The translations under genes were made by a program, and so were the position numbers. From Kudoa neothunni (lineage: Eukaryota; Animalia; Cnidaria): a stretch of 64,000 nt of DNA. The DNA is taken from positions 5,135,200-5,199,199 of the forward strand of contig OZ199840.1 in NCBI GenBank assembly GCA_964304625.1, in the 5' to 3' direction. Numbering within the stretch: the stretch's first letter is position 1; each line of letters opens with the position of its first letter. Positions 41,780 through 54,069 of this stretch are shown here, in pieces. Under the pieces are notes generated by a model. It made no database searches. It was not told the origin of the DNA and worked only from the letters and a program-made list of their open reading frames with translations.

Positions 41780-43250
41780 CTAGGTCCGTATCAACTACGA
41801 AACCTAGAAGAAAACAAAGAACAATCATTTCTGACGATTTAAGGGAGAAATGTGCAATTTTTTTGCTTAGATGGTAAAACTGATAATTATATCGCTTCGG
41901 AAATGAGGTCACCATGATCAACGGTTTGGTTTGTATTGCCAAAATTTAGAAACAATGGTACTCTTTCTCCAAAACCATGAGAAGGATACAAACGATCACT
42001 TCTTTCAATGGATTAGAACCAAAAAATGATCAGTAGGATTGATAATAATTAATTTATCTCTTTAAAAGAACTAAAGTAAAAGCTTCAGAACGGATATGGA
42101 GTTATCATATCCTTAGTACAGTCGATAGGATAATCGGAGAGGCCAATTACTCTCTCCAGTCGGTTGTAAGGGTTCCTGAAATGATGAATTTTTCTCCGGA
42201 AATGTTTCGGGAACTAAAAATCCTTAAATGCATGAAAGTCTTATATTTTTGGATGAAGTGGGATTTTCTGTAGCCACCCGACCCAAGTGAAGACACTTAT
42301 TGAGAGGTATGTCAGTTTATTGTTTTGTACCGACCGCTTGAATTTGGAATTTTTCTGTGATTGTTGCAGTCAATAAAGATCACGCAATTTATAATAAAAT
42401 ACATGATAAGGCTGTATCCGGACAAATCTTTAAAGCTTGCTTTCTTTCTGTTTTAATAAAGGGATTCTTGATCCAATATTTACAATGGATAACGCAAAAA
42501 TCATCACTGTAGGGATCTTCAGGACATAATTGATGCGTAAAATTTAGTTGTAAAATAATTTCATCCACATTCACCCTTTCTAAACCCTATTGAAAATTTT
42601 TTTGCATCCAAAACCGGATTAATTGCAACTGTTACTAGATCTAAATCAAATAGCATTCAAGATGTCAAGAAAAATGCATCATACTGAAGATAAGAGAGCT
42701 TTTGCTTGTCATGTTGTCGTTAACAAAGAGTAAGGCCGGATAGAAGTTTCCGAGGATTTAAGAATTCCGAGGTCAGCGCTAAATGAATGACTAACAAATA
42801 TAGTATAGGGCTACTAATTCATCCAAAAAGATTAATAGAGGAGATATGAGAAATGCTTGAAACAAGTTCACTGAACGTTATCTTAAAGGTCATTTTCAGC
42901 ATTCGGAGACATTCTTTGGTTAATGTTTTTCTCTTATGAATCTCAACCGTAATTAGATTAAAATAAGATCTATAATTGGTAATTATACATATAAAGTTCT
43001 CTTTTTTATATAGCATTATTAAATAAAGGGCAAAAATTTCCATTAACCGCAATTTAAAATATTCCCGTTTTAGATGCAAAAACCTGTAATATGGAGGGAT
43101 GCAGTGTAAAAACTAGAATGAGCTGAAATTAGCTATTGCTGAGTGTTTCGATGGAATGACGCATAAACACTGTGAGGGGTCTACCGAAAAATGCTTGGCT
43201 GTATCGCAAGGTCTTCTCGAAGAGAGGTAATATTGGAATAAATAACAGTG
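41780..43250 (+). mobile_element. Decayed IS630/Tc1-superfamily transposase, interrupted by a nested element
   Basis: IFLDEVGFS (~42243), FTMDNAK (~42480), PIENFF (~42585), continuing after the insert with ELKLAIAECFDGMTHKHCEG; same family as 60997-62455. Ends not resolved. Confidence 0.75.
42604..43078. mobile_element. ~475-bp TIR element nested in the Tc1-like transposase
   Basis: Inverted ends gcatccaaaaccggatta / tattcccgttttagatgc; host reading frame resumes after 43078. Confidence 0.55.
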
Positions 43251-44599
43251 ATGATAGTAATCCAAGCAGGGAATATTGTGGGACTATCTCATGGAACCGA
43301 TTATGACCTCAAAGTTGTTGCACATATTGATTATGGTTTCAAGGTTCGCCAACTTAGAACTGGTATCATATTTTTAATAACGAATAAATAAATTTGTTTT
43401 AAGGTTTAGCAACGCTTACATTTGGAAAGCATATGTTGGATAAATGTTTTAAAGTGACAGGGTCTCTATTATCAACTGACCCTATTCTATAATGATGATC
43501 CAAATATTTACGTGGTTGTAGTAATAAACCAAGGTTGCATTATCATATTATGCCGCATTTAATTCAAAATATTTAATAGGAGAATCTTCAAACAAACCGA
43601 TGTAGCTTATTATATGTGACAATTTTTACTATACTTTTTTTACATCCAAAAATAAAATGTATTAAAATAAAAATTGGTAATTTTAGTCTCAATTTTTAGC
43701 ATTATATCCGTGGTTTTACTAGTTGTTACTGTAGTTTTTTAAATGGGTGCCTATTTGAGGTACATGAAGAACAAAAATTAGATAACCTCAATTAAGAAAA
43801 AAAATTGGCTTGTTTGAATTAATTACAAAATATAGTTTATTATAAATCCAACCTTATTTCCGCATTTTCCCCATTTTTAAATGTTTCTTCTTTACGTACT
43901 TTGCATGGAATGTTTATTTGTGTCTCTATAATAATTAAAATTTAACTCATTTATATACCATAATATATTTTAAAAAGCTCACTCTTTTATTGGATTCCTT
44001 ACATACCTTTAAATATATTAACAATATCATGCTGAAAGTGTTTCATAGGATTCAATGTTATATTATATATATCAATAAATCAAATAGGATTAAGGAGCAT
44101 AATTTGAACTGTGTCGGACTGATTATTCTAATTGAGAAAAATCGTTCTAAATGCTTCTATAGCTCCGATAATACACAGTAAGTAGTTGTTAATTCGTAAT
44201 TATTTTTGAATGTCAAGAATTCACACATTGAGAACGCTTCACGAGTGAGACGATAAAATAAAATATTAAAAACTTTTTAATAAAATAAATTCTCATAATA
44301 AATGGTATTTTTGTAAAGAAATTTTAAATGAATATGGCAATTGAGAATGAATTGCTTCAAAGTGAATGAAGATCACTGCGGAAACAAAAAGAATAAGGCG
44401 ATTATAAAACAACCCCATATTTTTTTAACTTGAATTATGAGGAAAATGTTATAAGTAATATACTAAAGTATGTGAGAAAACTATCGATAAAATATTGAAA
44501 AATGTCACAACTATAAAACCACCGGTTGTTAAAGATAATTGCCGAAACATTTAAAAAGTTAAATTATGCATCTAATTTTAACAAACTTAACTTTATTTT

Positions 44600-45600
44600 T
44601 TAATCTAATTGATTTTAATAAAAATAAATATCATTCCACATCACCGAAATCTTAATAATTATTTCCTTTATAATTAATTTTTTAAAAATCCAGAAAAATA
44701 AAACTCGCAATACAAATTGTTTCAAAATGGATAAAATGCGAGACATTTATATTTCTTTAGTTTTCCTGTCTCGAGATCTTGAACAATAACAGCATCACTC
44801 GTGACAAAGATATTTGAATGATTATAATTTAGATTTGAGAATTAACATATCGACAACGATTCCAATATATGCCAACAAATGTTGGTCTGTGAAGTCTTCA
44901 AATAATTCTGACAATTATAATTGTCATACTTGTTAGTATTTGAAATAACAGTCGAGAAAAAGACTCGCTATAAAATCTGAGGAACGTATCAGCTATGGAG
45001 TTGATTCTGTTTGAAGTAACAAAATTTTAATTTTGGACAAATATTTCGTTTAGATCTTCTAGTTATTAAGAGGTCTCAGAAAACCAGTTAACACCATCCT
45101 TGTCTTCGTATATGTTTAGATAACATTTATTATTTTCAGAAACATTAGAATGACGTCAATAACCTAATTATCGAAAGATATCAAAAAGTCAATTAATATC
45201 GAATTCCAATTCATTTAAAATATTACGCTTAGTATCATTTATTGTATCGTTTTATTCATCGTTATGAACGATATTTAACGTATGCATGGTTTTTTCGATT
45301 TATCTATGATTACTTTTAATACAATTTTAATTAATTCTCTAAATTGTTGTAAATTATTTTTCATTGTTGTTTCGTAGAAAAAAACCAGGGGTCCATTGAA
45401 TCCCAATAAAGGATTGTGCAAGTATTTTGATTATTTCGTGGCCTCAATGGATAAATTCAAATTTTCTAGGATATTTTAATAGAACTCATATTTGCAGGAG
45501 AACAGATGTGACCCTAAATTTACTGATGTAATATAAGGTTCTCTAAAATTGATTCAAACAACCATTGAGGTCCAATGGGCACCAAGGAAGCTAGTAAGTT
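44600..45600 (-). mobile_element. Decayed piggyBac remnant
   Basis: Minus strand: FTDQHLLAYIGIVV (cf. ELxAFIGxL) and Cys-rich tail CCYCSRSRDRKT; palindromic ggggtccattgaatccc / gaggtccaatgggcacc motifs near a TTAA at ~45600. Confidence 0.45.
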
Positions 45601-46356
45601 TAATGATCTAATTAACAAAATTAAATACAAAATGAATCTTGATAAAATTCGATTTACTCGTATGTTGTATTATTAAGAAAAATAAGAATGTAATAAAGTA
45701 ATTAAATTTTACGCCATTTTGTTTATCTATCAAATTATTGTTAACTAATACGAAAAGATGCCTAGTGTCGCACCAGTTCAACCAAATTCCTTGTAATATT
45801 AAAGAAGATACCACAGAGTAATCTATATTGAAAGAATCATCATTATCCAATATTTGTTAACTTGGGATCATTATTTTATTCAATTATGCCACAGACAACG
45901 AATACCAATAGATACATATTCATAATTCATCAAATATATTTTTGTGCAAAACAGAAATTAACCATAGATGAAATTTTTCACTTAAGTAACTTTTCTATAT
46001 ACTTTCACAATGTATATAATAACACGTTATCGCAAAATGTGTCAAGTACATCAAATATGTAAATATATAGTGGTATTTTTAAAAAACAAAAATCAACAAA
46101 TTTTCAATTTTAATTGGTGCATATAAAATTTGGGTAGGATTTTTTGTAATTTGTCAATTTAAAATATTATTTGAATGTATTTATTGTGGTAAAAGAGGTA
46201 ATTACAAGTTATTTGATAAATTTTATTGCATAATGAAGTGGTCGATTGAATGCAATTAATTTCTAAAAGATCAATTGATTGATACCTAATTTTTTTAATA
46301 TATTTGAAACCCCACTTCTAGGCATTATCCAAAATCTGGTGTAAGTGGCTTCGAAA

Positions 46357-47542
46357 ATGAAGGAAAAGATGTTTCAAATATTGGCTCTTCTGTTTTTGTC
46401 TCGTATTATTTTAAATAGTTTTTTTATTTTATATTTATAATAATCACTATAGTTTTCACCTACACAAACCAGGGGAAGGATAGCGATTTTATATTCCCTC
46501 TCAAAAGCGTAACATTTCTTCAGCTAGAAGCAAAAATTAGAAATATTTAGTTCGAGGGTGTAAGAACCATAAAAGAAGCTCTTAACCTCACCCTCTATTA
46601 CCTAGAGCAATCTCAAGAATTCATGTTCGGTGGGAATATTTGCATATACGCGATGCGCAAACGAAGAGTAATTTCATTACAGTTATTGTTTATAATTTTA
46701 TATTGAATATATTACTCATATATCACAGTGTCGTAGAATGGTATCCATCTTGAAGGAACGATACCAGGAAATGATTGCCAAATACATCAATCGTGAAATG
46801 ATGTGCAAGTACGTGTTCAAAAATTGCTATAATTTCAGAAGACGTAACTATTTTCTACAAAATATCAACTTATGCATTTTAAATAGTAAGACTCAAAAAA
46901 TCATACAAATGCTTGTCATGTCAAGTAGTCACAAATCTCATCATTAATTTTAACACATTTTAAGGCTACCGTGTTTTTGTCAAACAACAAAAAAGTTATC
47001 AGAGCAAACGACTATATTATTAAACTTTATTGCAGCAGGGAGAACTCATCTCTAAAAAGACAACAAGTTTAATAACTTTGTATATAATTTTCTAAATGCC
47101 TTTTTAGTGTATGGGCAAAATATACGAATACATGGGAATATTTAATCACGTCAGACACGGAACCAAACCATTGTGGTTCTGTATCAAACATGGCAAATGT
47201 AGAAATTCCGTACTGGAACATGATTTCTCTGATTTTAATGCAATGCTAAGCAACACAGCATTACCAGAAATAAGAGAAATCCTCTCAGGATCTTCAAACA
47301 GCACTGTTGTCAATGCGGAAAGTCATCGTTACCACGACTACAATGATTTGAATTTGGGTGGATCCAATCACAACGAAGAATCCACTCCTTTAAGGGGTCG
47401 CTATCGAAACAGATACCGACCAAACCGCCCTGACGACCACTTTTTCCGCTATCATGGTCATCATTATCACCTACAACCCCCTCCTCCGGATGGATGGAAC
47501 GTTCATTTTGGACTGCTCCCCTTTTTCAACATTCTTATCTAA
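46357..47542 (+). CDS. Secreted tandem saposin-like protein with His-rich tail, subfamily B copy B1 (7 exons)
   Basis: MKEKMFQILALLFLSLFTYTNQGKDSDFIFPLKS|FEGVRTIKEALNLTLYYLEQSQEFMFGGNICIYAMRKRR|CRRMVSILKERYQEMIAKYINREMMCKYVFKNCYNFRR|LRLKKSYKCLSCQ|ATVFLSNNKKVIRANDYIIKLYCSRENSSLKRQQ|CMGKIYEYMGIFNHVRHGTKPLWFCIKHGKC...HFFRYHGHHYHLQPPPPDGWNVHFGLLPFFNILI*. The second module has saposin-B-type C-x2-C-x23-C-x11-C-x23-C-x5-C spacing with Pro before C5. Confidence 0.85.
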
Positions 47543-47725
47543 TAAATAATAAAAATAGTGAATCCTATCCAGAATTCACTCATGTGGATTGGAAGGTTTA
47601 TACATCTAACTGATTCACAAAAAAAAATATTTTTTTCTCGAGTTCCTCTTTATTATGCTTATTTTTTCCGTGACTATTTTATGAAATTATTACATATTAT
47701 TCTGAATTTAATAAATATTTTTTAA

Positions 47726-49912
47726 CCTTTTCGTGCCCAAAGGCTATCCTAATGACCACATGTATATTCACTATATGGAAGCTTAGTTATGGGAAATAGG
47801 TGCACATAATTATTTGTTTCAATGCTATTTATAGGGCTTTTTAAGAGAATGTTGTAAAAAACTTCATAACAGTAAACTTTAAGTCATTTTGATTTCATAA
47901 AGTCATTATATTGTTTCGTTAATTAACGAATAGTTTTCCAATAAAAAATAACATTATAATTTTGAATTGTAGGTAACAAAATAAATAATATTTTTATTAA
48001 AGTAAAGCATTAGTTTATGTAACTTTTAAAAAATAATAATGAAAATAATACATGGTCACTAGGATAGTCTCTGGACCCATGCGGTAAATTTTTTTTAGCG
48101 CCAACTTTTAACCAGGATGGATCACGACGTTAATTATAATAAACTAAATAATGATTAATCAATATTAGAAGTAGTTATTCTTCCAGATGCCGTTCTGTTA
48201 GAACCTGTCAAAGTTTCTGATGATGAAATTTAAAAATTATGCCAATTAAAAATGATGATGTATAGTAAAAATGGATTAACAAAGGTCCTTGGCTTGATAT
48301 TTCGGATTATCTCATTTCTATTAATGATTTTGAAGAATTGATCGATCCTATTGATTACTTTTAGTAATTCATTGCTGAATCACTAATCCAGATGATAACA
48401 AATGGAACAAACATTTATGCAACTCAATGAGGAATAAATTCTATTACGAATATTGAAGAAATCCAAATGTATCTAGGGATCCTCATTTTGATGGGTTTCG
48501 TTAGAATGCCTCGTTATCGCTGCTATTGGAGCACATCATTCGATTTCCACACGTATCAAACGTTTTCTCTAGAAACTGATTTGGTAAAATTTCAAAATTT
48601 ATTAATTTCTCCAATAATTAAGATTCATTAAATATCAAAAATCAGAAAATTATGATCGTTTTTTTTAAATACGATATTTTTTAGAGCGCCTACGGTCCGT
48701 GTTTTTAAAGATAAAACCAGAAATCTGCAATTCAGTCGATGAGAAAATGATTCCATTCAGAGGAAGATGAAAAGCCAAAAGTATCTCCATTTTAAACCAA
48801 CCAAATAGGGGTTTAGAATGTTTTCTCGGTGTGGCTTAGTGTATGATTTTATCTTGTATGAGGGAAAACCACCAGCCGTTTCACCAATTTGTTGTAAAAT
48901 TGTACGAAACTTCAACAACCTTATTTTTGTATTTTGGTAATTATTTCACATCTATTCCAATGAAGCAATTGTTGATGAAGCGAAACATCTACTCTGTTGG
49001 AACCATAAGAAGGAACAGAATTAAAGATTGTCCATTAACCCCGGTAAAACATTTCAGCAAGAAAGATCGCGATTTTTACGAATTTTCCAGGATACCAAAA
49101 ATGGAATAGTGTTAACTCACTGGTGTGACGGTTCTGTTGTTACGCTTTGTTCTACTCATTCATCACCCCAATCCCTTTGTGTAGTTAAAAGAGTCGATAA
49201 AAGGGGCTAAAAAGACTAAAAATATTGACTATCCAATGTAGTTACAGAATATAATAAAAACAGTGGTGGAGTTGACTTGTCAGACATGTTGATGACACTG
49301 TACAAGTTAAACCACATATAACGAAATTTCAATGTGAGAATATAATTTTGGGGGCATAATTCCGCCATAAATAATGCTTGGTTATTATATAGAAAAAAAT
49401 ATAAAGGTCAATGGTGACAACAACAAAGTAATGTACCTTTTGTGATTTACTCAGTCTATAAATGAAAGTTTGATTCACTTCAAAAAACCCAGTATGGTAA
49501 AACAATGTATGCGTCCTTCGTTGGATGGTTCTAAAGTTGTTTCTGTTGATCATATTCATAAAAAAACCAATCGAAAACCCTGTCAGAGTCAATAAGATTT
49601 TATAATGTTGACCACTACCCTGAAATAGTTTATACAAAAGGAGGATGCATACTGTGTAAAAAAAGAAAACAATTCAGCTGCATTAAATGTGTAATACCGT
49701 GTTGTATTTTTAAAAATCGAACCAGATTAGACGGAAATTTTTTTTCGCGCAAATGCCCAATGGTTGGTTATTCTAGTAACCACGTAGTAAAATGTTAAAA
49801 AATATTATTTAAACATTTAATTAGAATTCAAAAAATTTTGAGATGAAATAAACAAGAAATATTTATTAAATATATTTTTATATTTCAACTAAAAAATTTG
49901 GACATGAAAGGG
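47726..49912 (+). mobile_element. Near full-length piggyBac transposon, inactive
   Basis: TTAA TSD at 47722-47725 and 49913-49916; TIR ccttttcgtgcccaaa / tttggacatgaaaggg (13/16 match); motifs SVDEKMIPFRGR, LYFGNYFTS, VGTIRRNR, YNKNSGGVDLSD. Confidence 0.92.
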
Positions 49913-50762
49913 TTAATAAAAATGATTTCGTTCACAATAAAATTGTTAGATAAATTAGATCATAAAACCTTTTATTATTCTAGAAACATTCAATCTCTTA
50001 AAGTAATGCTAATAAATAATATTTAGTAGGATATATTAGCTAATATATGTTGTTTTTAACACAAAATTTATAAAGGGTTTAAATATTATTGTTTTCCTTA
50101 ATAAATATATATTTATTCCTAATGTATATCATAATACAAAATTAAACTAATGAATGAGTTAAAAATTTTATTGTAATAACTGAAATGGCTATCAGCAACT
50201 ATTATCTATAGAAATCAGCCCATAACAACACTTAGGTAACTTCAATTTATTTACAACGAAATCGTAGAAAATAGTTTATATGGAAAATTAAGTAATTTTA
50301 CTCCTTTGGAAACCTAATAAATTCTAATGGTGACGAATATAAATCTATAAGGATGAAATCTATTCACTTTCTGTGTTCGAATAAGTTTATTGAGTTCAAT
50401 TTTATATGAAATAAATTGAATTAAACCCTGGTAATTTATTGGTTGAATAGTATTTTAGTAACTTGATTCTTATTATATTCATAATTATTTAGCTCTGTTA
50501 AAATTTGAGCTCTATATAGAGTTATAACTAAATATATCCAATTATGTAGTTACAAAATTCAACACTACCTAACTGTAATGAAAGGTATGAATCTCAATAT
50601 TAGTCTTAGCGTAAAAGAAAAATAAATAGTGTCAGTGAAAATAAATAGATAATTTATGAATAACTTGAAAATGAGAGAAAGGATTAAATAGGATTATTTT
50701 GAAGCCATATCCACAAATTTTCAAGTGATTCTAAAATTATTACTCACAGTAGTTGGTTAGCA

Positions 50763-51896
50763 ATGTTCCTAAGATTTCTATTATTTTTATTCTGTAAAAA
50801 TTCCATCGTTTTATTTCAATGCTTCCATTAATTTTTCAACTTTATAGTTGCATTCTCGATGCGCCTGGAGGACGAAGGCCAAGACTTTATTTTTCCTATA
50901 AAAATGGTAAGAAATATTTAGAGTAATGTGAGTTAATTAGAGAGTCTTTTTTTTAGCTAACAAATGTGAGAAGCGTTAACGAAGCTTTGGATATCACAAA
51001 CAGATTCCTTCGAGAATCCCAGGAACTAATGTTTGGAGGAAATTTGTGCAAACACGCAAAAAAGATGCAAAAAGTATATTTAAATAGTTTATTTAAAACT
51101 ATATTAAAACGATTTAGTGCGAAAAAATGGTAGGCATCCTTAAAAATCGATATGACGAAATGATTATGAAATACATCACAAAGGAACACTTTTGCAAGTA
51201 CCTGTATGACAATTGTTACAGCGACAAACTGCGTAAAATAAATTAATTTTTTAATATAATAAAATTAATATGTTGACAGTTAAGTTGAAAGAAAATTATA
51301 AATGTTTATCATGCCAGGTAACATTTATGGCCATATCCCTAATAATATTACAAATAGACCATGGTGTTCTTATCAAATGAAAAAATGGTGATTAAAGCTA
51401 TTCATTACATTATCAATCTATACTGCGCCAGAGCAACCACTGAGGAGGCAATTAAAGAGGTAAATATTAAACAAATTGGTGCAATACTCCACAACAAATA
51501 TTTCTTGTATAGTGTAAAAGTGATATCTACGAGTACTTTGGAATATTCAACTACGTAACACATCGAACCGGCCCTATGCTTTTCTGCATCAAATACAGAA
51601 AATGTGGAAATTATAACCGAGTGTATCTAAAATCAATGTGTGAAAATGTCGATGAAGGATTGAGTATCAGCAGTTTAGTTGGACTCTCGCCAAACCATAC
51701 ATACCCTTATCCCCCTTATCACCGTCACCATCCTTACAATGGTACAATGCACCATAGTATATGGAATCATCCTTATCATCATTTCTACAACTATCACGGT
51801 CATCACCATCACTACCACCCCAATCCAGGAATTGGCTGGAATGTGTATTTCGGACTCCTACCTTTTTTCAACTTGGCTATGGAGAAGTGGGATTGA
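50763..51896 (+). CDS. Secreted tandem saposin-like protein with His-rich tail, subfamily B copy B2 (7 exons)
   Basis: MFLRFLLFLFFAFSMRLEDEGQDFIFPIKM|LTNVRSVNEALDITNRFLRESQELMFGGNLCKHAKKMQK|CEKMVGILKNRYDEMIMKYITKEHFCKYLYDNCYSDKL|LKLKENYKCLSCQ|TMVFLSNEKMVIKAIHYIINLYCARATTEEAIKE|CKSDIYEYFGIFNYVTHRTGPMLFCIKYRKC...HHFYNYHGHHHHYHPNPGIGWNVYFGLLPFFNLAMEKWD*. Exon-for-exon paralogue of B1. Confidence 0.85.
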
Positions 51897-52559
51897 ATTT
51901 TGCCCATTTTTTAAAGATCTTTAACTTTTTTCAAACATTACTTTGGTTAATTATTAATACTCTCTCACAAATTTAAATTAAGAATATTATATTCTTTCGC
52001 ATATTCTTACTCCTGTTTTTCTCCCATTTAATTCAAAATTTTAATTTCAGAACCTTATAACAGTATGAAGGTTATATAGTTGTGAAATGAATTAACGCTT
52101 TGAAACCCGAATTTAATTCAATGACTGAACAATTTTTTTTTCTTATTCTGTTAATTTTTAAATAATTTTATATAAAATATCGGAAAACTGGAGCAGTCAT
52201 TTTTAAGATTAAAAAATACACATATGATGCCAAATAGCAACATGGATTAATCTGTCTCTATAGTATACATATCAAAATATATTTTCTTCGTGGATTCATT
52301 TTTACAATAAACTTATTTAATAGTATATGTGTATATTTTTTAATTTTAATGAAAACTCCAAATTCTAAGTTTAACTGCAGGATACTTTTATCCTTTTTAC
52401 ATTTCTCTTAGGGGTAGATATTCGTCTTTATTGCTCATGATGAAAACATAAAAGTTTTTATAGTTCATTTTTATTAAACCAAATAAAAATGAGTTATATT
52501 ATAATAGTAATGATAGATTAAAAATGTAATTAAATGGTCAAACCACTCATAATATTAAA

Positions 52560-53960
52560 ATGTTGCCATTTGACAAAATTGGGATCCAAATGATAAACCC
52601 TCTAATGGTATATCTTTTTATCCAGCAAACCAATACCAAATAGATTCCAGGTATTATTTTAATAAAAGTTAGTCCTTGGTTTGATGAAAAAAGTTTTTGC
52701 GAGGAATTATGATATAAGTTTTAATATTTATATTATCCTCTAATGTTCTTTGGGATAAAATTTCCCCATGTTATATTGTTTAAAAATATTTCAAAAAATG
52801 TAAACAATTTAAACTTTAATTCCAATGAAATTCCTATGAGTAGTTTTGTAGAAAGCAAGGAAATGACATAAACATTAATTAAATCGCATACGCAAATTAT
52901 AAGGTGGTGTGTGATTCTGGTGATTTCATTGATGAATTTTCTAAAATAGAAAATGAATATCGTATTTTTGGCGAAAATATTATCTCTTAGATGTTTCTGG
53001 TTGAAAAAGTGTTGGAAAAAATTTATCTTAGAGATATTACGGGAAAAACTAGGGATAGCACCATGCCTCTCGATCATCACCAATTAGAGCTGGTTCCGAC
53101 ATTATTTTTGTTTTCCGTGAGAAGTATATATTGGTATATTGCGTTCCCAATAGATCCAGATGCGAGATTGTTTTAAAAAAAAATCGATGAACAATTATAT
53201 AAAACATTGTTAACACCAAAATCCACAAACGAAACAATAAAACAGGTTTCAGCGTTGTTTATGCTTCCTAACAGGATCATCTTCTTAACGTAAAAGGTGA
53301 AATATGTGAATAAATTATTGAGGGGAGAATTGTCAAAAATATTATTATTCATTCCAAATATTTAAATACTGTTTTAATTTCTCACAACTTTCAAGAATTC
53401 TTCTTATGTACTGTTGTAGACGTAGCAGAAGCTATTTGGGGGATAAACTCTGGTCCTAAAACGAACGTACGCTTGCATAATGACAATTTTTAATTCCATC
53501 ATCTCTTACTCATAAATGGTATACAGATTTTCTATTTTTAAATTTTGCCGAATTAAATTTTTTTTCTTGCCAATCCCTTTGCTCTTGCTCTGAAGGGTTA
53601 GAAATAATTAAAAATAGTCATTTTAAGTATTATTAATATTAAGCCACACCATTAAAAGATAAACCAGGCATAAAACAGACTAACACGGTAGGTAACCGAT
53701 TTTTGTGATCCCCTTGGACCCCCATAAAGTGCGAAAAATAGATTACCTACTATAATAGTTTGAGAAATAGCTATTAAAAATTTATTTTTGAAAACATTTT
53801 AAGAATTTTTTGACTGATTTTTATCGAGTTTAATAGCCCTTAATAATACAATTCCTTAACAATACCCAAATATAACATTAACCCATAATACCAAAATGGC
53901 CTCTATATAATTTTAATTTCATTTAATTTACCTCCTGCCGAGAATTCCTGCATTAGAGGG
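52560..53960 (-). mobile_element. Decayed piggyBac-type remnant
   Basis: Minus-strand VRKHKQR*..FVDFGVNN (cf. RKxxKWW..F..LD...N); GAGGG|TTAA end at ~53961 and a second end-like aaggg|ttag at ~53598. Confidence 0.35.
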
Positions 53961-54069
53961 TTAATCACTAAAAACATTTATAGGTAACTCGGATTTATTT
54001 TTTATCGAGAAACAATTAAATAAATAAATAACAATGTTATACTCAATGAAAACAATTTAATACATTAAA

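Noticed and set aside
50953-51976. ORFs 50953-51189, 51679-51924 and 51761-51976
   Set aside because: Antisense or alternate frames of B2; only one frame is conserved with B1.
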